Shown piece after piece: positions 12,930 to 26,453 of a DNA stretch of 64,000 bases. The stretch is from Camelus ferus. Taxonomy: Eukaryota. The position numbers were made by a program, and so were the translations under genes. Numbering within the stretch: position 1 is the first letter of the stretch; every line of letters starts with the position of its first letter. The stretch is taken from positions 16,556,001-16,620,000 of the forward strand of contig NC_045697.1 of NCBI RefSeq assembly GCF_009834535.1, read 5' to 3'. Below the pieces are notes generated by a model. That model had not been told where the DNA came from. It saw only the letters and a list, made by a program, of their open reading frames with translations, and did not search any database.

Positions 12930-13120
12930 ATACAGTGGTGTGGTTGGAAAGAGCATAGGTTTTGTGATCAGAAAAATCTGAGTTGAGCCTTTGGTCTGCC
13001 CTTTACTGAGAGTGTGAATGATCTTCTCTAAGTTGACTGAGCTCTCTGAAACCCAGTTTCTTCATTTGAAAACTGGAACTGTTAATAAGGAGAAAAAATG
13101 GACACAGTAAAGAGAGATTA
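12930..13120 (+). mobile_element. MIR SINE
   Basis: agtggtgtggttggaaagagcataggttttgtgatcaga...ctctctgaaacccagtttcttcatttgaaaactgg. Confidence 0.8.
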
Positions 13121-13334
13121 TATGGTATGTTGAAGATGAGATGGACTGGGTTAGTCAGATAAAGTGAGAGAGAAGAGGAGCAATGGCCTGAACACAAGGT
13201 AAGTGAGAAACTACGTACCTTTATTTAGCATCTATTATGTCCTAAAGTGGGCTTTGCTTTGACTCTACCCTTACTGGGTTAAATTACCCTAAGATGACAA
13301 TTGTATAAGCGATGTGGTTCAAGTAGTTGACTTG

Positions 13335-14015
13335 GGGTAGGTAATCCAAAACTGAAATGCCAGGTGCCAGGTTATACAAACAGTGACTTAAATTAGGTCT
13401 CAGATGTATCAATAGTTTCTCTGCATTAGTTATCACTTGGATACTTTTAAAAACTACTGATGCCAGTGATCCTTCTCAAATCAATGAAGGTGAAGAGGTG
13501 AGATTCAGGCATTGATGATTTTTGAAAGACTTTTAAGGTGACTAATTCTAATGGGCAGAGAGGTTGGAGAGCCGTTGAGCCAGGCATATCTTCCTTACTA
13601 TTTTCTAGTGTTTGTGGCTCCTTTCTAACTTTCCTTTCACTATGATTTAAAGAATGTTTACAACAAAAAGTTTCTCAATTGGAAGATAAACATCAGGGCT
13701 ATTATTTCAACAACAACTGAGCCTACATCTTTACATCAAGGAGGCAATAGGGAGTGGTGGGGACTAGGGTAAAGTGGAGAGCAAATGCCCTGCCTTAAGG
13801 GGCAGCTACTACTCACTCAGCTCATGCTTGGCTGCCAAGTGGAACACCTACCCACTGTTGGAGATGGTCATCCTTTAACAAGAGAAACCAGAACTCAAGA
13901 TTTTCTATAACATCTTTTGATTTTCAAATCTTGGCTCGATTTTTTATAACAATGTAGGAGGCAAACAAATTGTATCTGTGAGCCAATCCAACTTTTTGAC
14001 CACTGATTTCTGACT
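13335..14015. mobile_element. hAT-Charlie DNA transposon (MER102/Charlie4-like) with a MER5-like insert at ~13410-13520
   Basis: gggagtggtggggactagggtaaagtggagagcaaatgccctgccttaaggggcagctactact...caagagaaaccagaactcaagatttt resembles the MER102 consensus. Confidence 0.6.
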
Positions 14016-14794
14016 TTAGAATTAATATATGGCATAAACATCTATCACAGGACTCTTGGAAGGACTGGAGGAGTGGACAATTTCAGTGAAAACTACCCCC
14101 CACGAAACTGAGTCTATCTTCAGGCTGTAGAGGAGGTGGATATTCTCTTTGCACAAGGGAAACAGCACCTGCACTGATGTTGGCAGTGTTGAGTCCTTAA
14201 GCCTGCTCACCTGGTTTGGGCCCATGCCCAGAGACAAGCCAATCCCTGCACGAGCCATAATGATAATTCCTAACACAGTGGAAGTAACATATGCAAAGTG
14301 CGTATCACAGCACCTGGATGTAGAAGACACAGAACAAATGTTTGCTTTTTCATCCCCTAATAATTTGCTGCCTTTCCTCCTCTCTCAGACTCCCCCTGCC
14401 TTGAAATCTAAACATCTGGCTTGCCATCTTCTTCTCCAGCATGGTCTTGGTCAATGCAATTGACTGCTGCTGTCATCATCTTTAGAGCTTTTGGATATCT
14501 GATTTAAACGTTTATTGAGCGTCCTCTTCCCCACCCAGAGATCAGCAAGTGATTCTGACAGAGTAGTTCTAAGGCAAAACGGGTATAAAAGAAGGGCAAT
14601 TTGGCAATATCCATACAAACGTAAAATACGCATCCTCTTTGACATGCAAATTCATCTAGGAACTTATTCTAGAGATAGGCTTATACGTTTACTCAGAGAC
14701 AGATTTGGAATGTTTGGTACAGCATTTCAAAAGCTGGGAACAACCTAAATGTTTTTCAAAAGGGAGTACATATTTATACAATAGGATCCCTTAA

Positions 14795-15010
14795 AGCCAC
14801 ATTGCCCAACCAAGGGTGATTTTGCACACCAGGGAACATCTGGTAATTTCTGGAGATATTTTTGGTTTTCATAATAAGGGAGGTGCTACTGTCACTAGTG
14901 GGCCGAGGCCAGAGATGCTCTAAACACTCTATGATGCCCATGATCGCCCTCTGTGACAAAGAATTATCTGGCCCAAAACATCCGTAGTGCCAGGATTGAG
15001 AAGCCCCTAT
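14795..15010 (+). mobile_element. MER20 hAT-Charlie element inserted in an old L1 fragment
   Basis: gggtgattttgcacaccagggaacatctggtaatttctggagatatttttggtt...gaggccagagatgct...caaagaattatctggcccaaaacatccgtagtgccaggattgagaagccct. Confidence 0.9.
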
Positions 15011-15581
15011 ACTGCAGGTACTAAAGAAAATAAGCTTGTCTGCATGGGCTGAGAGGAGTGTTCTTGAAGACACATTGTTGGGAGGAGTAAGGCACTTCCT
15101 ACTTTCATCTGGGTAACTAAAGAGAATGAAGATGCACACACAACACCCATGACACACACATACGTATACACACATAGTGTATTATATATGCATATACGCT
15201 TGTATATCTGGGGAATATTTCAGGGGAAATGAACTTCAACATTTCCTGACAATAGTTCTTTCTGGAGAGAGGTCTAAGGACCTGGAGATCTTCAGTAGGG
15301 GTTAGCATGGCACTGTATACATTTTATACATTTTTGGGGTTGTTTGAATTTTCAGCAACTTATTTCACTTTCAGTCGAAATTTAAATTTTTGTGGTTGTT
15401 ATTGAGTACAATGGGTAAAGGTAAAATGAGATAGTGGTCGATATGTCTCCTTTTCTGTTCCTTTCCCTTGTCTGCAAAAAGGCATCCTCCCACTCAGGAT
15501 AGTAGGGTAATTCTATCACAGTGGTCTCCCAGGAAAAGCTCAGCTATCAGTCATTTTAACTTTAATAAAAAATTTACATTG

Positions 15582-16432
15582 GAAATGCTAATTATCAGAG
15601 AAATGCAAATCAAAACTACAGTGAGGAATCACCCAACACTCATCAGAATGGCCGTCATTAAAAAGTCCACATATGATAAATGCTGAAGAGGGTGTGGAGA
15701 AAAGGGAACCCTCCTACACTGTTGGTGGGAATGCAGTTGGGTTCAGCCACTATGGAGAACAGTATGGAGATTCCTCAGAAAACTGAAAAGAGGCCTACCC
15801 CATGATCCAGCAGTCCCACTCCTGGGCATATATCTGGAGAAAACTGTAACTCAAAAAGATACATGCATCCTAATGTTCATAGCAGCACTATTTACAATAG
15901 CCAAGACATGGAAACAACCCAAATGTCTATCGACAAATGACTGGATAAAGAAGTTGTGGTTTTTATGTACAATGGAATACCACTCAGCCATTAAAAAGAA
16001 TAAAATAATGCCATTTGCAGCAACATGGATGGACCTGGAGATCATCATACTAAGTGAGGTAAGCCAGAAAGAAAAAGAAAAATACCACATATCACTTATA
16101 TGTGAAATCTAAAAAAAGGGGGGACACAACTAAACATATTTACAAAATAGAAACAGACTCACAGACATAGAAAACAAATTAATGATTACCTGGGGGCAGG
16201 AAAAGTGGGGAGGGATAAATTGGGAGCTTGGGATTTGTAGATACTAACTTCTATATATAAAATAGATAAACAACAAGGTCCCACTCTATAGCACAGTGGA
16301 CTATATTCAATACCTTACAATGGCCGATAATGAAAAAGAATATGAAAAGAAAAAATATATATGTATAAATGAATCACTATGCTGTATACCAGAAATTAAC
16401 TCAACATTGTAAATTTACTACAATTTTTAAAA
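15582..16432 (+). mobile_element. 5'-truncated L1 (ORF2 C-terminus plus cetartiodactyl-type 3' UTR)
   Basis: ORF 15873-16112 (MFIAALFTIAKTWKQPKC...PFAATWMDLEIIILSEVSQKEK) and the end of ORF 15468-15686 ([22 protein letters not shown]) are L1 ORF2. The 3' UTR has gggataaattgggag...aaatagataaacaacaagg...atcactatgctgtataccagaaattaac. Confidence 0.95.
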
Positions 16433-17719
16433 ATGTAAATTTGGTTAGGAAGATTTATGTATTCAACATTGTTTTTCCAAATTCTGTTGTGAAATAAAAG
16501 ATTGTGTCACATGTAGTGGGATTTTGAGTATGGAGTATATTCTGGAGACAGGAAGATATTTTTGGAGCTGCTGAAATGATGCCAACTATGGAAGCATCTC
16601 CCGCTTAAATCTCTGAGCAATTTTCTTTGGGGACTGTATCTCTTTACTGGCATGCGCAGAGCACTCACAAAACTTTACAGCACATTAATTCAGTGATGTA
16701 TACTACAAGCTCCAAGGTAGCATAAAACTTTCTGATTAGATTTTGGGGGTTCACTTCTGTTTCCAATAGTTTCCAATTAATCCAAAAATTAAAACCTCTG
16801 TCCCTAATTTCAAGAACCAATCATGGCATTTTCTAGTTAATGGGCAGTTATTCTATAGGACAAGAAACACTAAAATAGTTAAATCCTGTTGTAATTGAAA
16901 AATAAAAACCCCAGTATAGAAAGAAAGCTTCCCAGAGTATTCTATTTTTATCAGCAAACAAAGAAAACAACCTGAGACTGGTGTAGTTATGCAGTTTGTA
17001 AGAAAGAGAATCTGAAAAGGTGGTGGTGCAGGATGGGGGCTCATATTAGAGATATTAAATAAAGTTGACATATATAGGGCTGTATGATTCTATCAGCGTT
17101 TGTGTTGTGCATAGTTAGAGGCTTTCAAGGCAGTAAATACTTTTTTTTTAATATGCCACTTCTTTACTATGTAAAATAGTCTTTTATAGATTGGCCTCTT
17201 GGTTATATCAGCCCTTGCAATCAAGCATCCAATTGTAATCCTGGCTCCCTCCCTTGAATCAGTTTTCACTAGTTGTATATTAAATATACAGCCAACGCTA
17301 TGTAGTTATGGTCTCCATCTGCAGACTCCGATATTTTCAATGGCCACAGGAAGATTTCCTTTGGGTACTTTGAACAGAGACAAAATAGGCAATCGACTAT
17401 CCTGAAGCAATTATAAAGCTGGGTTGTTCAATTTTGTATGGCGAGAATTCATTTGCCTTACTCCTAACCTAACACCACTGCATATAAATGCAATAAAAAC
17501 TATAGGCTCAGATCAATTCTGGCATCACACATCAGAACATTGTATCTTGTCAAAAACATTTCTCAGGTGAAATAAGCTGCATATAGTTACAGAAATGCTT
17601 CAGCCATCAATGCGATGGCCGTTAAAAAAAAAAAAAGCACATTAGCGAAAGGTCTACCATTTCGAGAGTCAAAAGAGCCATCTAACATGTCCTCCAAAAA
17701 GATATTCTCAGCTTCTGCT

Positions 17720-18115
17720 GGTGAATCCCCAAATTAAAATACTTTTCAGTGAGCCAAATACTATGGGTAACATCAGTATAATTACTTTTCTCCGGTGACC
17801 ACTACAATAGCCTCCTAATTGTTCTCCCTTAATGGAGCATAGCAAACTCCTCCAAACTCTCCTCCGGGCTTTTGCCAGAATAATCTTTCTGAATGACAAT
17901 CTCATCTGGTCGCTCTCCAGTTTAAAACCATGACTCATCCCTGCCATCCTCAGGATACAGTCTTTGGAGATCTTCCTTAGAGAATAAGTAAGACTTTTCA
18001 TCGTCTTTACCCCAGCCAGGTTTTCTAGCTTCCCTCCCTTCAGTTCTTCCACTCTGACCTTACACTTCAGCAATACCTTCAAAAATGGCAGTGCCCTGTA
18101 TATTTCTGTTACCTG
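17720..18115 (+). mobile_element. L2 fragment
   Basis: cactacaatagcctcctaattgttctcc...gccagaataatctttctgaatgacaatctcatctggtc...tttaaaacc is the typical L2 ORF2 3' region. Confidence 0.75.
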
Positions 18116-18120
18116 ATGCT

Positions 18121-18290
18121 CAGGGCTAGGAGGAGGGTGAGGAGGGTAAGGCCTCTGCCTCAAATGTGAAATTTAAGAAGATGCTCTAAAAAATCAGGAA
18201 TCAAGGTAAGTAATGTTTTAATGGATTACTTTTAAAAGTCAAAATAAATGTGAAAGTCTATCATGAATAAAACATCAAAATATTGTAAAT
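18121..18290 (+). mobile_element. ORSL-like hAT-Tip100 fragment
   Basis: cagggctaggaggagggtgagg...aaatttaagaagatgc...aatcaaggtaagtaatgttttaatg resembles the ORSL terminus. Confidence 0.6.
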
Positions 18291-18657
18291 ATCTATATTA
18301 TTATTATAGATGTCAAAGGTATTATCTATTGATAGTCATTACGCACTTTGTGTATCTGTTCTCTATTTATTAATCTCATTAATCTTATTCATCCTTTAAG
18401 AAATACCACTTCTAGGAAGTTCTCTCTGATTTTTCCCTTTCCAGAAAGAATTGGGGGCTCCTTCTGAACTACCATGGTACTTGACACATGCTTCTGCTTT
18501 TACACTTATCACCCCATATTTAACTGTAAGCATGTGTGTATGTTTGTTTGTTTATTTATTTATCTCTACACCAACTTGAAGTTACAACACTGTGGGTTCC
18601 TTTCACATGTTTCTTTCAAGTCTTTATGCTATTCTTCCCAACATCTCCTATAGACTA

Positions 18658-18958
18658 TGATAAGCAGAGTTCAAAGGTGGCCCCATAATCATTGTCCCTG
18701 GTGTGGTGTTCATGATTAAGCTACATTATATGGCAAAGGTAATGGGTCTCACTCCCTTGAGTAGGTCACATTATAATGCAATTATAGAGGAGTTTTGTAA
18801 TTGTAATTAAAACCCCAAATCAGTTGAATTTAATCAAAAGGGAGATTATCCTGGACAGCCCTGACTTAGTAAGTGGAAAGCCTTTTAAAAGAGGGCTCAG
18901 ACCTTCCCGAAATCAGAGACTATCCAGCTGGCTTTCAGAAGCAAGTTGCCAGCTGTAA
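18658..18958 (+). mobile_element. MaLR LTR fragment (MLT1E-like)
   Basis: aggtggccccata...acattatatggcaaagg...ccccaaatcagttgaatttaatcaaaagggagattatcctggacagccctgactta. Confidence 0.8.
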
Positions 18959-19155
18959 GATAAAAAGTTCAGCCCCCAAACTGGTTTTATTTATGTAAAA
19001 GCATGTGATTACAGTGTTCTCATTTATGCATATATGCACTGATCTGCATATATATTCATAGAAAGTTTCTAGAAGTATACTTAAGTAGTGGTCAATGGTA
19101 GTTATGCCCTGGAAAGCTGAATTAAAAGAAAAAAAATTTATTTTGTAAATTTTTA

Positions 19156-20073
19156 CTATCATTAGAGAAATGCAAATCAAAACTACAATGAGATATCACC
19201 TCATGCCTGTTAGAATGGCTAGCATCAAAAAGAAAAATGATAAATACTGGTGAGGATGTGGAGAATAGAGGACCCTTGTTTACTGATGGTGGGATTGTAA
19301 ACTGGTACAATCAGTATGGAAAACAGCATGGAGAGCCCTCAAAAAATTAAAAATAGAATCATCACATGATCTAGCAATTCTACTTCTGGGAATATATCCA
19401 GAGGAAACTAAAACACTATGTTGAAGAGAGAGATGTCTGCATCCCCAAGTTCAAAGCAGCATTATTTACAGTAGTCAGGACATGGAAACAACTTAAGTGT
19501 CCATCGATAGATGAATAGATAAAGAAATTATGGAATATTATTCAGTCATAAAAAAGGAAATCTTGTCATTTGCAACAAAATGGATGGAACTCGAGGGCAA
19601 TATACTAAGTGAAATAAGCCAGAGAAAAATAAATACTGTATGATCTCATTTACTTGTGTAATCTCAACAAACAAACAAGCAAAGAGTCAAACTCAATCAT
19701 AGAGAAAGAGATCAGAGTTAGGGAAGGAGGAATTGGATGAAGATGGTCAAAAGGTACTAATTTCCAGTTATTAGGTAAATAAGTACTAGGGGTGTAATGT
19801 CCAACATGATGACCACAGTTAACACTGCAGTATGACATATGTATGACAGTTGAAGAAAGTAAATTCCTAAAGTTCTTATCACAGGAAAAACAGTTTTTAC
19901 TGTTTAGTTTCTTTTTTTGTACCTATAGGAGATGATGGATGTTAACTAACCTTCTTGCAGTAATTATTTCACAACATATGTAAGTCATTCATTATGTTGT
20001 ACACCTTAAGCTTATACAATGAGGTAGATGAAATATATCTCTGTAAACCTGGACAAAAAATTTTTTAAATATC
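19156..20073 (+). mobile_element. 5'-truncated older L1 (L1MA9-like) with a target-site duplication
   Basis: L1 ORF2 end (atcattagagaaatgcaaatcaaaactacaatgagatatcacctca) plus 3' UTR, flanked by tttattttgtaaattttta (19137-19155) and tttattttgtaagttttta (20074-20092). Confidence 0.9.
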
Positions 20074-21289
20074 TTTATTTTGTAAGTTTTTAAATTTTTG
20101 ATCTGTTTGACCATTTTACCATGTGCATTTATGACTTTAAAAAATTAATATACTATGTATACATTCATTATAAAATAAATTAATATAAGTTATATATAAC
20201 TATATAAGATAATCTTTTATATCCATATATAATAATTATATGTATATGATATATGCACATCTTCAAAGAAGAAATATAATCACATGTTCAATATAATTAC
20301 ATTTCCTCTGTTTTGACAAAAAGGGAGAAAAAAATAAATGGACATATAAATCTAAGATAATTACCTACATGTATTTTCCTTAAGTCTTTCCTCGTATGCA
20401 TACTTTTCTCCTAGTTTTTATTGTATTTGACATAGAATTTTGCATAAACTAACCCATCTGTATAAATTAACATAACAAGCATCTATTGAGATTATTCCAT
20501 AATAAAGCATAATTTCAGTGTCTGGAAAAAAATTCTTAAAGAATTGTGCCATATTTATTAAATCAATATATCATGAGTTAGCATTTAAGTTGATTTCAAT
20601 TATTCACCATTGTAAACAATATTGCAATAATTATTTGTTTTGCAAAAAATATTACCCTTATTTAGCATATTTTATTAAGATAGATTCCCAGATGTGGAAC
20701 TGTATCAAATATATCAGTTATCATAGACTTTCTTTACGCTATTCCCCACTGTCTAATATAATCCCTCTCTATGAAGACATTCAAGCATGCTAGTCTATTT
20801 TGACACGCTACTGTCTATGCTTTACAATGGACTGTATACATTTATAGCTCATAGGTAACTAATTTCCATCTCATACATGAATATATAAGTGGGTAGTAGT
20901 CAGTAGAAGATGTTCCAGCCAGGCTGTTATGACATGAGATTAATGGTAAGAAGCTACACTAAGGGCTCCTGTCTGCGGTATTTCTGCCTCATGTACCCAC
21001 CGTGACATGAAGACTTTTCAAGAGTTTCTGAGTGCCCAAGCTCTTTCAGTGCTTTTTTATAAAATTAGTCTCCTTGAGAATGTTACAGACATCATGTGAT
21101 TTTTTTTCCACCTCCTTTAACATCCTTAACATAAACCTCTTTTCTTCAACTTTAAGGTAGGAAGGCATAGCCCTCACCAACCTTGCAGTCTACCTCTGGT
21201 GAAGTGCCCTGGGGCGTATAAACCTCTACGACACCAAATGAAGGACACATATTGGTGGAGATGCCAAAAACCAGAATGACTCTAGTGAC

Positions 21290-22220
21290 GAGGTGACAAT
21301 TTTTTTTTCCTGAAAGTCAGGTGGTTTCTAATTCTCTATTTTCAGCAAAATTGAAGAGGACTTAATCAAGTTGTCAGCTAATAGATTAAAAATAATTTAT
21401 GATGCTAGATGACCATATGAATTCTGTCATGTATCTCTGAAGGAGATCAAAGAATTGAGTGACATCACTGCTCCTTTCATTCCCATCCACTTATTTATGG
21501 GAATATGATTTCTCAGCACTTACATCTATAGAAGCCAAAAATAGGAGCAGAATTTGTGCAGTAACTATACGGTTCTAGCAATAAATAATATTCATTCATA
21601 GATACATGAGCCAATGAAAGAATAAAAAGACATCAATCTCATTAAGAGATGAATTTCCAAGAAAATGTTACTTTTATACCTAATGATTATCAATCAAATT
21701 CGAAATATAACATATTGTTTTGATCAATGGTGTACTTAAGACAATTGCCATAACTTAATGTGAAAGATAATTTTAACACGTAACAGTCTTCTGGTTACAG
21801 GGAACATTTTAAAAATTAAATCTCAATTTATACACATGGTTTATTGTGGAGAAGTATGTTCAGGTGATCAATAAATTCCTTCCAAGCATAAAATACATAA
21901 AATTAGGATAAAATTATTTGGAGAAAGTAGACTAAAAAACACTAGTTTGAAGAGCAAAAAAGAATTTTATTTTAAGTTGTTCACGTGTTTTAAATGAATG
22001 GTGATACGTATTTATTATTGTCTTTACATTTTGCTGGAAAAATTTAAAGTGTAATATGACAGTTTTATTTTAAAATTTCAATATTTCTACCAAATGGGAA
22101 AATGACATCTTTGAAAGTATTTAAATATATGATGACAAATGTCAGCTACCAAATGAAAAGTGAACAAGCGTGTGTATAGTTTCACTAAATTATTTTAGGA
22201 ATACTCTGTAAGCTACAATT
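21290..22220 (+). mobile_element. hAT-Charlie (Charlie7-like) transposon remnant with decayed transposase C-terminus
   Basis: 21471-21554 translates as LLSFPSTYLWEYDFSALTSIEAKNRSRI, matching the hAT dimerization-domain motif LLPFPSTYLCExGFSALTxIKTKxRNRI. Confidence 0.8.
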
Positions 22221-23759
22221 ATTAAACTTTGTGCTTTATCATAATTATTATTGTCAAAGTTGACATATCAGTCAACCTCACCTCACCCTTGTCTTCACTC
22301 CATGCCTGTGATACAGCATATGACCAAGTCTTACCCCAAACCTTACCCCATAGTTGACACAAGTATTTGCTAAGTGAATAAGTTTAAAAATGAATATCTG
22401 ATCGAATAAATGAATAAGGTATATTATTCAGGCTTCTAAACATTTGAGAAGTAGTCAAACAAAACTGTATCATTTTAGCTTACTTAAAAATAGAAATAAG
22501 AATAACTATCGTTCCTAAACTCCTAAAAATATAGTCAGTATCGTTAGAAAGAAGTGATGTGAAAGCCTGGAAAGTTAAAAGCATTAGATCATTGATTTTT
22601 TTATTATTCAACAATTATCATTTTATCACCTTATTATTGTCCTAGATGATATAAATTCTGATTACTAATAACTAGATGTCACCAAATGTTGAGGTTCCTT
22701 TTGAAGGTCATGCAACAATATTCTAGTACAAGTGCATATGTAGGAGTCGCTATGTTAACAAGAAAATTGATCCAGAAAGACTTCATGAACTAAAAAAATG
22801 AAAAACTGCCATGCCTACTTTCTGCTTACCTCTGACTTAATGTGGAGCTTCAGGGAAATTTCTCTGCCTCTGGGGCCCCAGTTTCCCCATCTGTAGAATG
22901 GAGACTGACTCTTAGAAAAGGCTCTGAAAAATAACTAGTTAATGAGAGCAATCACTAATTGTTGAGAATGAGGGACTATCTGAATATTAAGGGCTAGTCA
23001 TTCTAATAAATCACAAAGGTCACTCACTTATATCTGTCTCCACTGAGAGACTCAGTCAAATGGATTTGGAGCACTTTTGCAGAAGTTCCTATTAGGTCCT
23101 TGCATTGAGCTCACAATGTCCCTGGGGGTTGGGGAGGAAGAAATCAATGGTTCACAATAATAGGTGTCCTGCAAGGATAATAATATATTTCAATCTTCTT
23201 TTTATGTAGCCCTTTGATAATCCATAGAGGGTGCTTGGCATACAACAGTCAACCTAAAAAGTGCCCTAATTTGGTGATTTTCTTTTTTGATCACCAAAAC
23301 TCAACATTATTGTGACACTGAGCTAGTGCTCCTGGTGTCCTGTGAATCAGCTGAACCGAGGCAGCCCTAGCGAGCTACCTTGTTTTCAGGTAGCTTCCTT
23401 CTCTCTGATCCCAGTTCATCCTCTGGAAATACTACTTTAAACAAATCACTCCCCATCAGTGCCAGTTACCCTTATGGATTTCCAGGCACATGAACAAAAC
23501 AAGCAAACAAGCAAGCTCAGTGGGCATTCCAGGCTCTCCCTGACTTGATTTGGCTTCTTACCTGATTCCCTCCTTCAGATCCCCGACGCTGCAGCCAGAC
23601 TGATCTGGAATTGTGTCCTCACGCCTCACTCCATGCTGTTGTTCATGCTGATGCTTCTGGTCATCCCATTTTCAGCTAAATAAAACCCTTCCTCTCAAAC
23701 CCTCTCCACAGCCTCGCTGACTGCGCCTTTTGCCTGGAATCCTCTTCTGCCGTTCATTA

Positions 23760-24340
23760 ATTCAATTCCTGTTTATTGAAAACCAACTATGTACAAGGTC
23801 TTGGGCACAGAGCAGTAGAGAAAACACATACATCTCTGAACTCAGGGAGCTTAAATAATGCCAAAACCAGACACTCAAAAAACAAACCAAAGAATAGTAG
23901 GTCCTGAGGTAATGAAGACTACGAAGATAAACGCTATAAAGTAAGGGGTGTAGCAGAGAGATGATTTGGGGGAAGTATGTGATGTATGGTGACCATGGAG
24001 GGCCTTTCTGTAAGAGCTGAGAACTAAGTAGAGACCGGAATAAAGTACGGAAAAAAATCCACATGCATATCCCTGCAGGGAGGTAGGGGCGTTTTGGGGA
24101 AGGGGTTCTAAGAAAAGGAAATGGGAAGGAAAAGAGCCTGGCTTGTTTGAGGAACAGCTTGAAGATGCAGGCACTCGAGGTACTTCAAGACTCATGAACC
24201 AAGAGGGAGTGAAACTTTTAGTGCCTAATAGGGTTTTTTTTGTTGTTCTTGTCTTTGGGTTTTTTGATTTTATTCCCCCCCTGAAATGGGAAGCCATTAG
24301 TGGCTGTTTGAAGAGAAGTCATATCTTTTGACCTAATATG
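23760..24340 (-). mobile_element. L2 fragment
   Basis: ttcaattcctgtttattgaaaaccaactatgtacaagg...ctcagggagcttaaa...tgaaatgggaagccattagtggctgtttgaagagaag is a reverse-oriented L2 3' region. Confidence 0.8.
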
Positions 24341-25529
24341 CTAACAGGCCCTCTGATTTTTTTCCTCTCCACTCAGTGAGACCGCAGTGCTCTGCTGGCT
24401 GGGTGATAGGTGCCCGTTCCCTGCACTACAGTCTAGAAAGCACTTCCACATAGAAAACTCAGGCTATCGGGCAGCTCACAGCATTTCCTTCCCACCTCCA
24501 TTCTACATTCCCTATTTTCCAATACTTCAAACATTTTGACCGGTATTCTTGTTATGTACAGCAGGAAGGCAGGTTTAGTACCAATTTAGAGGAAACTCCA
24601 AAATGATTTGCTTTACGATTTGAATGCTTGTAATTATTTTGTTGCCTGCTTTAAAAAGAACAGGAAGTGTTGGGAGGAAAATGTTTAAATTGCTCAAGTA
24701 TCTGAAAAAACTATGCTCCCAAGAGAAGTCTGTAAAAAAAAATCCTACATTAAGGACTCATTTGTCCTTTCTCTCCAGAGTGGAGAGAGGTACAGCCGAT
24801 CACTTATACATTTATACTTGATTTTATTGTGCGTGACATCTGTTCCAGGAAGAGTCTCCCTCAGCCTTCCTTACTTAGTGCTAACGCTAAAGTGACTTAC
24901 AGATGGCACCCTCTCTGGGGGGCATGATGCCTTCTTCTTTTGCTGTTGTGGTCATCCTTGTCTTCCTTGTTGTCATTACTGGGTTTTGCCTTAGTCATAG
25001 ATCTTGAATTAAATTTTGAGTGGAAAGGGATCACAATCTACTAGATGCTAAATCAAGTCATGTATCTAACGCTGCCAATAATCTCATTAGTGTCAGCATC
25101 AACTCATCTGCTAAAGGCACTAGCTCACAGATCTCACTCCTTCTACTCCCCACACACATGGATTCTGTCTTCAACCATTTGTTTTTAGATTGCCTCCCTC
25201 AAACTACACACTATTCTTCCTTTGAGGCTCAGCGCATGTCCCAAGTCAATCAAAAATACTGGCCAATTACTAGTATTTCCTGGCACATACACTTTCTGTC
25301 TACAATATGCACTTGGCCCTTAGTTGTATACGCTACCATGAATTGGGTTAAGTTATAAGATGACTCAACAGCTATCCACTAACCTTATGCGCCCCTTGAG
25401 ATGTCATTTTTTTGGTGTCTATCACAAGTCTAAAAGTTAGAATCTCAGAAAATACTTAACAAGCTGCTTAGTAATTGTTATATGTAATTCCATGGATCAG
25501 TTGCTCATCATGAAAATACAGGAACATTC

Positions 25530-26130
25530 TTAAAAAGGAAGATCATTTTAAAAATCAAGGCATGAACCAACAGTTCACAGAAGATATATAAATGGCCAAT
25601 AAACTCACAAAACTATTTAGCTTTAATAGTAATTAAAGAAATGCAAATTTAAGTGGTAATGAAATATGCATTTTCAGTTTTAAAAAGTGGAAAAGATATT
25701 TTTAAGTAATGTTCAATGCTGATAAAACTCTACTGCAAAAGGAACATTTTTTGACTACTAGAGGGAATGTAAATTAGCACAACCTTTCTGAAAGTCAATT
25801 AGCAATATGTATAAAGAGCTTGAAACAATCTATATCTTATTTTTTTTTCTATTCCTAGGAACCTACCCTATGGGAATAATCAGAGATTTGCCAAAGAGAT
25901 GTGCGACAAAGGATGTTCTTCATAGAGTACTCATAACAGCTCATAAAAAAGCAAATATCAACCAATAAGGGAGAAGATAAATAATAGTACATATAATGAG
26001 ATTTTTATGTAGCCATTAAAAATGATATTTCAAGGAATATTTAATGGCATACAATATAACATATAGTGAAAAGTCAGGCTGCGAATCAAATATATAGAAA
26101 AGTTAACACTTTTGTTAAGAATCTACCTAT
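25530..26130 (+). mobile_element. Old L1 (L1ME-like) ORF2/3' fragment
   Basis: atagtaattaaagaaatgcaaatt...gggaatgtaaattagcacaacctttctgaaagtcaattagcaatatg...tatgtagccattaaaaatgat. Confidence 0.75.
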
Positions 26131-26453
26131 ACACTCAGAGAAAATAAAAAGGAAAAAGGAATAAAATTAGATGGACTAAATTAAAAAAGTAATGAAGTGA
26201 TTCTTTTAAGTCCAAATATGTCAGTGATGACATTAAACAGGAATGGATAAAATGCCTTTCTCTTTCTGGTCAGGAGTGTCAACTCTATTATGTTCTGTCA
26301 TTCTATTAAGTTGTTATTTACTGTTCTTTAAGTGGCCACCTTAGAAATCACAACCTGCATTCTTGATCTTAAATTAATAACTTTTACTATCTCTCAGAAA
26401 ATGCAAGCAATAAGACTTTAACTCTGTATTTTGGATAAATTTTGGGCCTCCTT

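Noticed and set aside
15873..16112. 79-aa ORF as a host CDS
   Set aside because: It is the C-terminus of L1 ORF2 in a truncated insertion.
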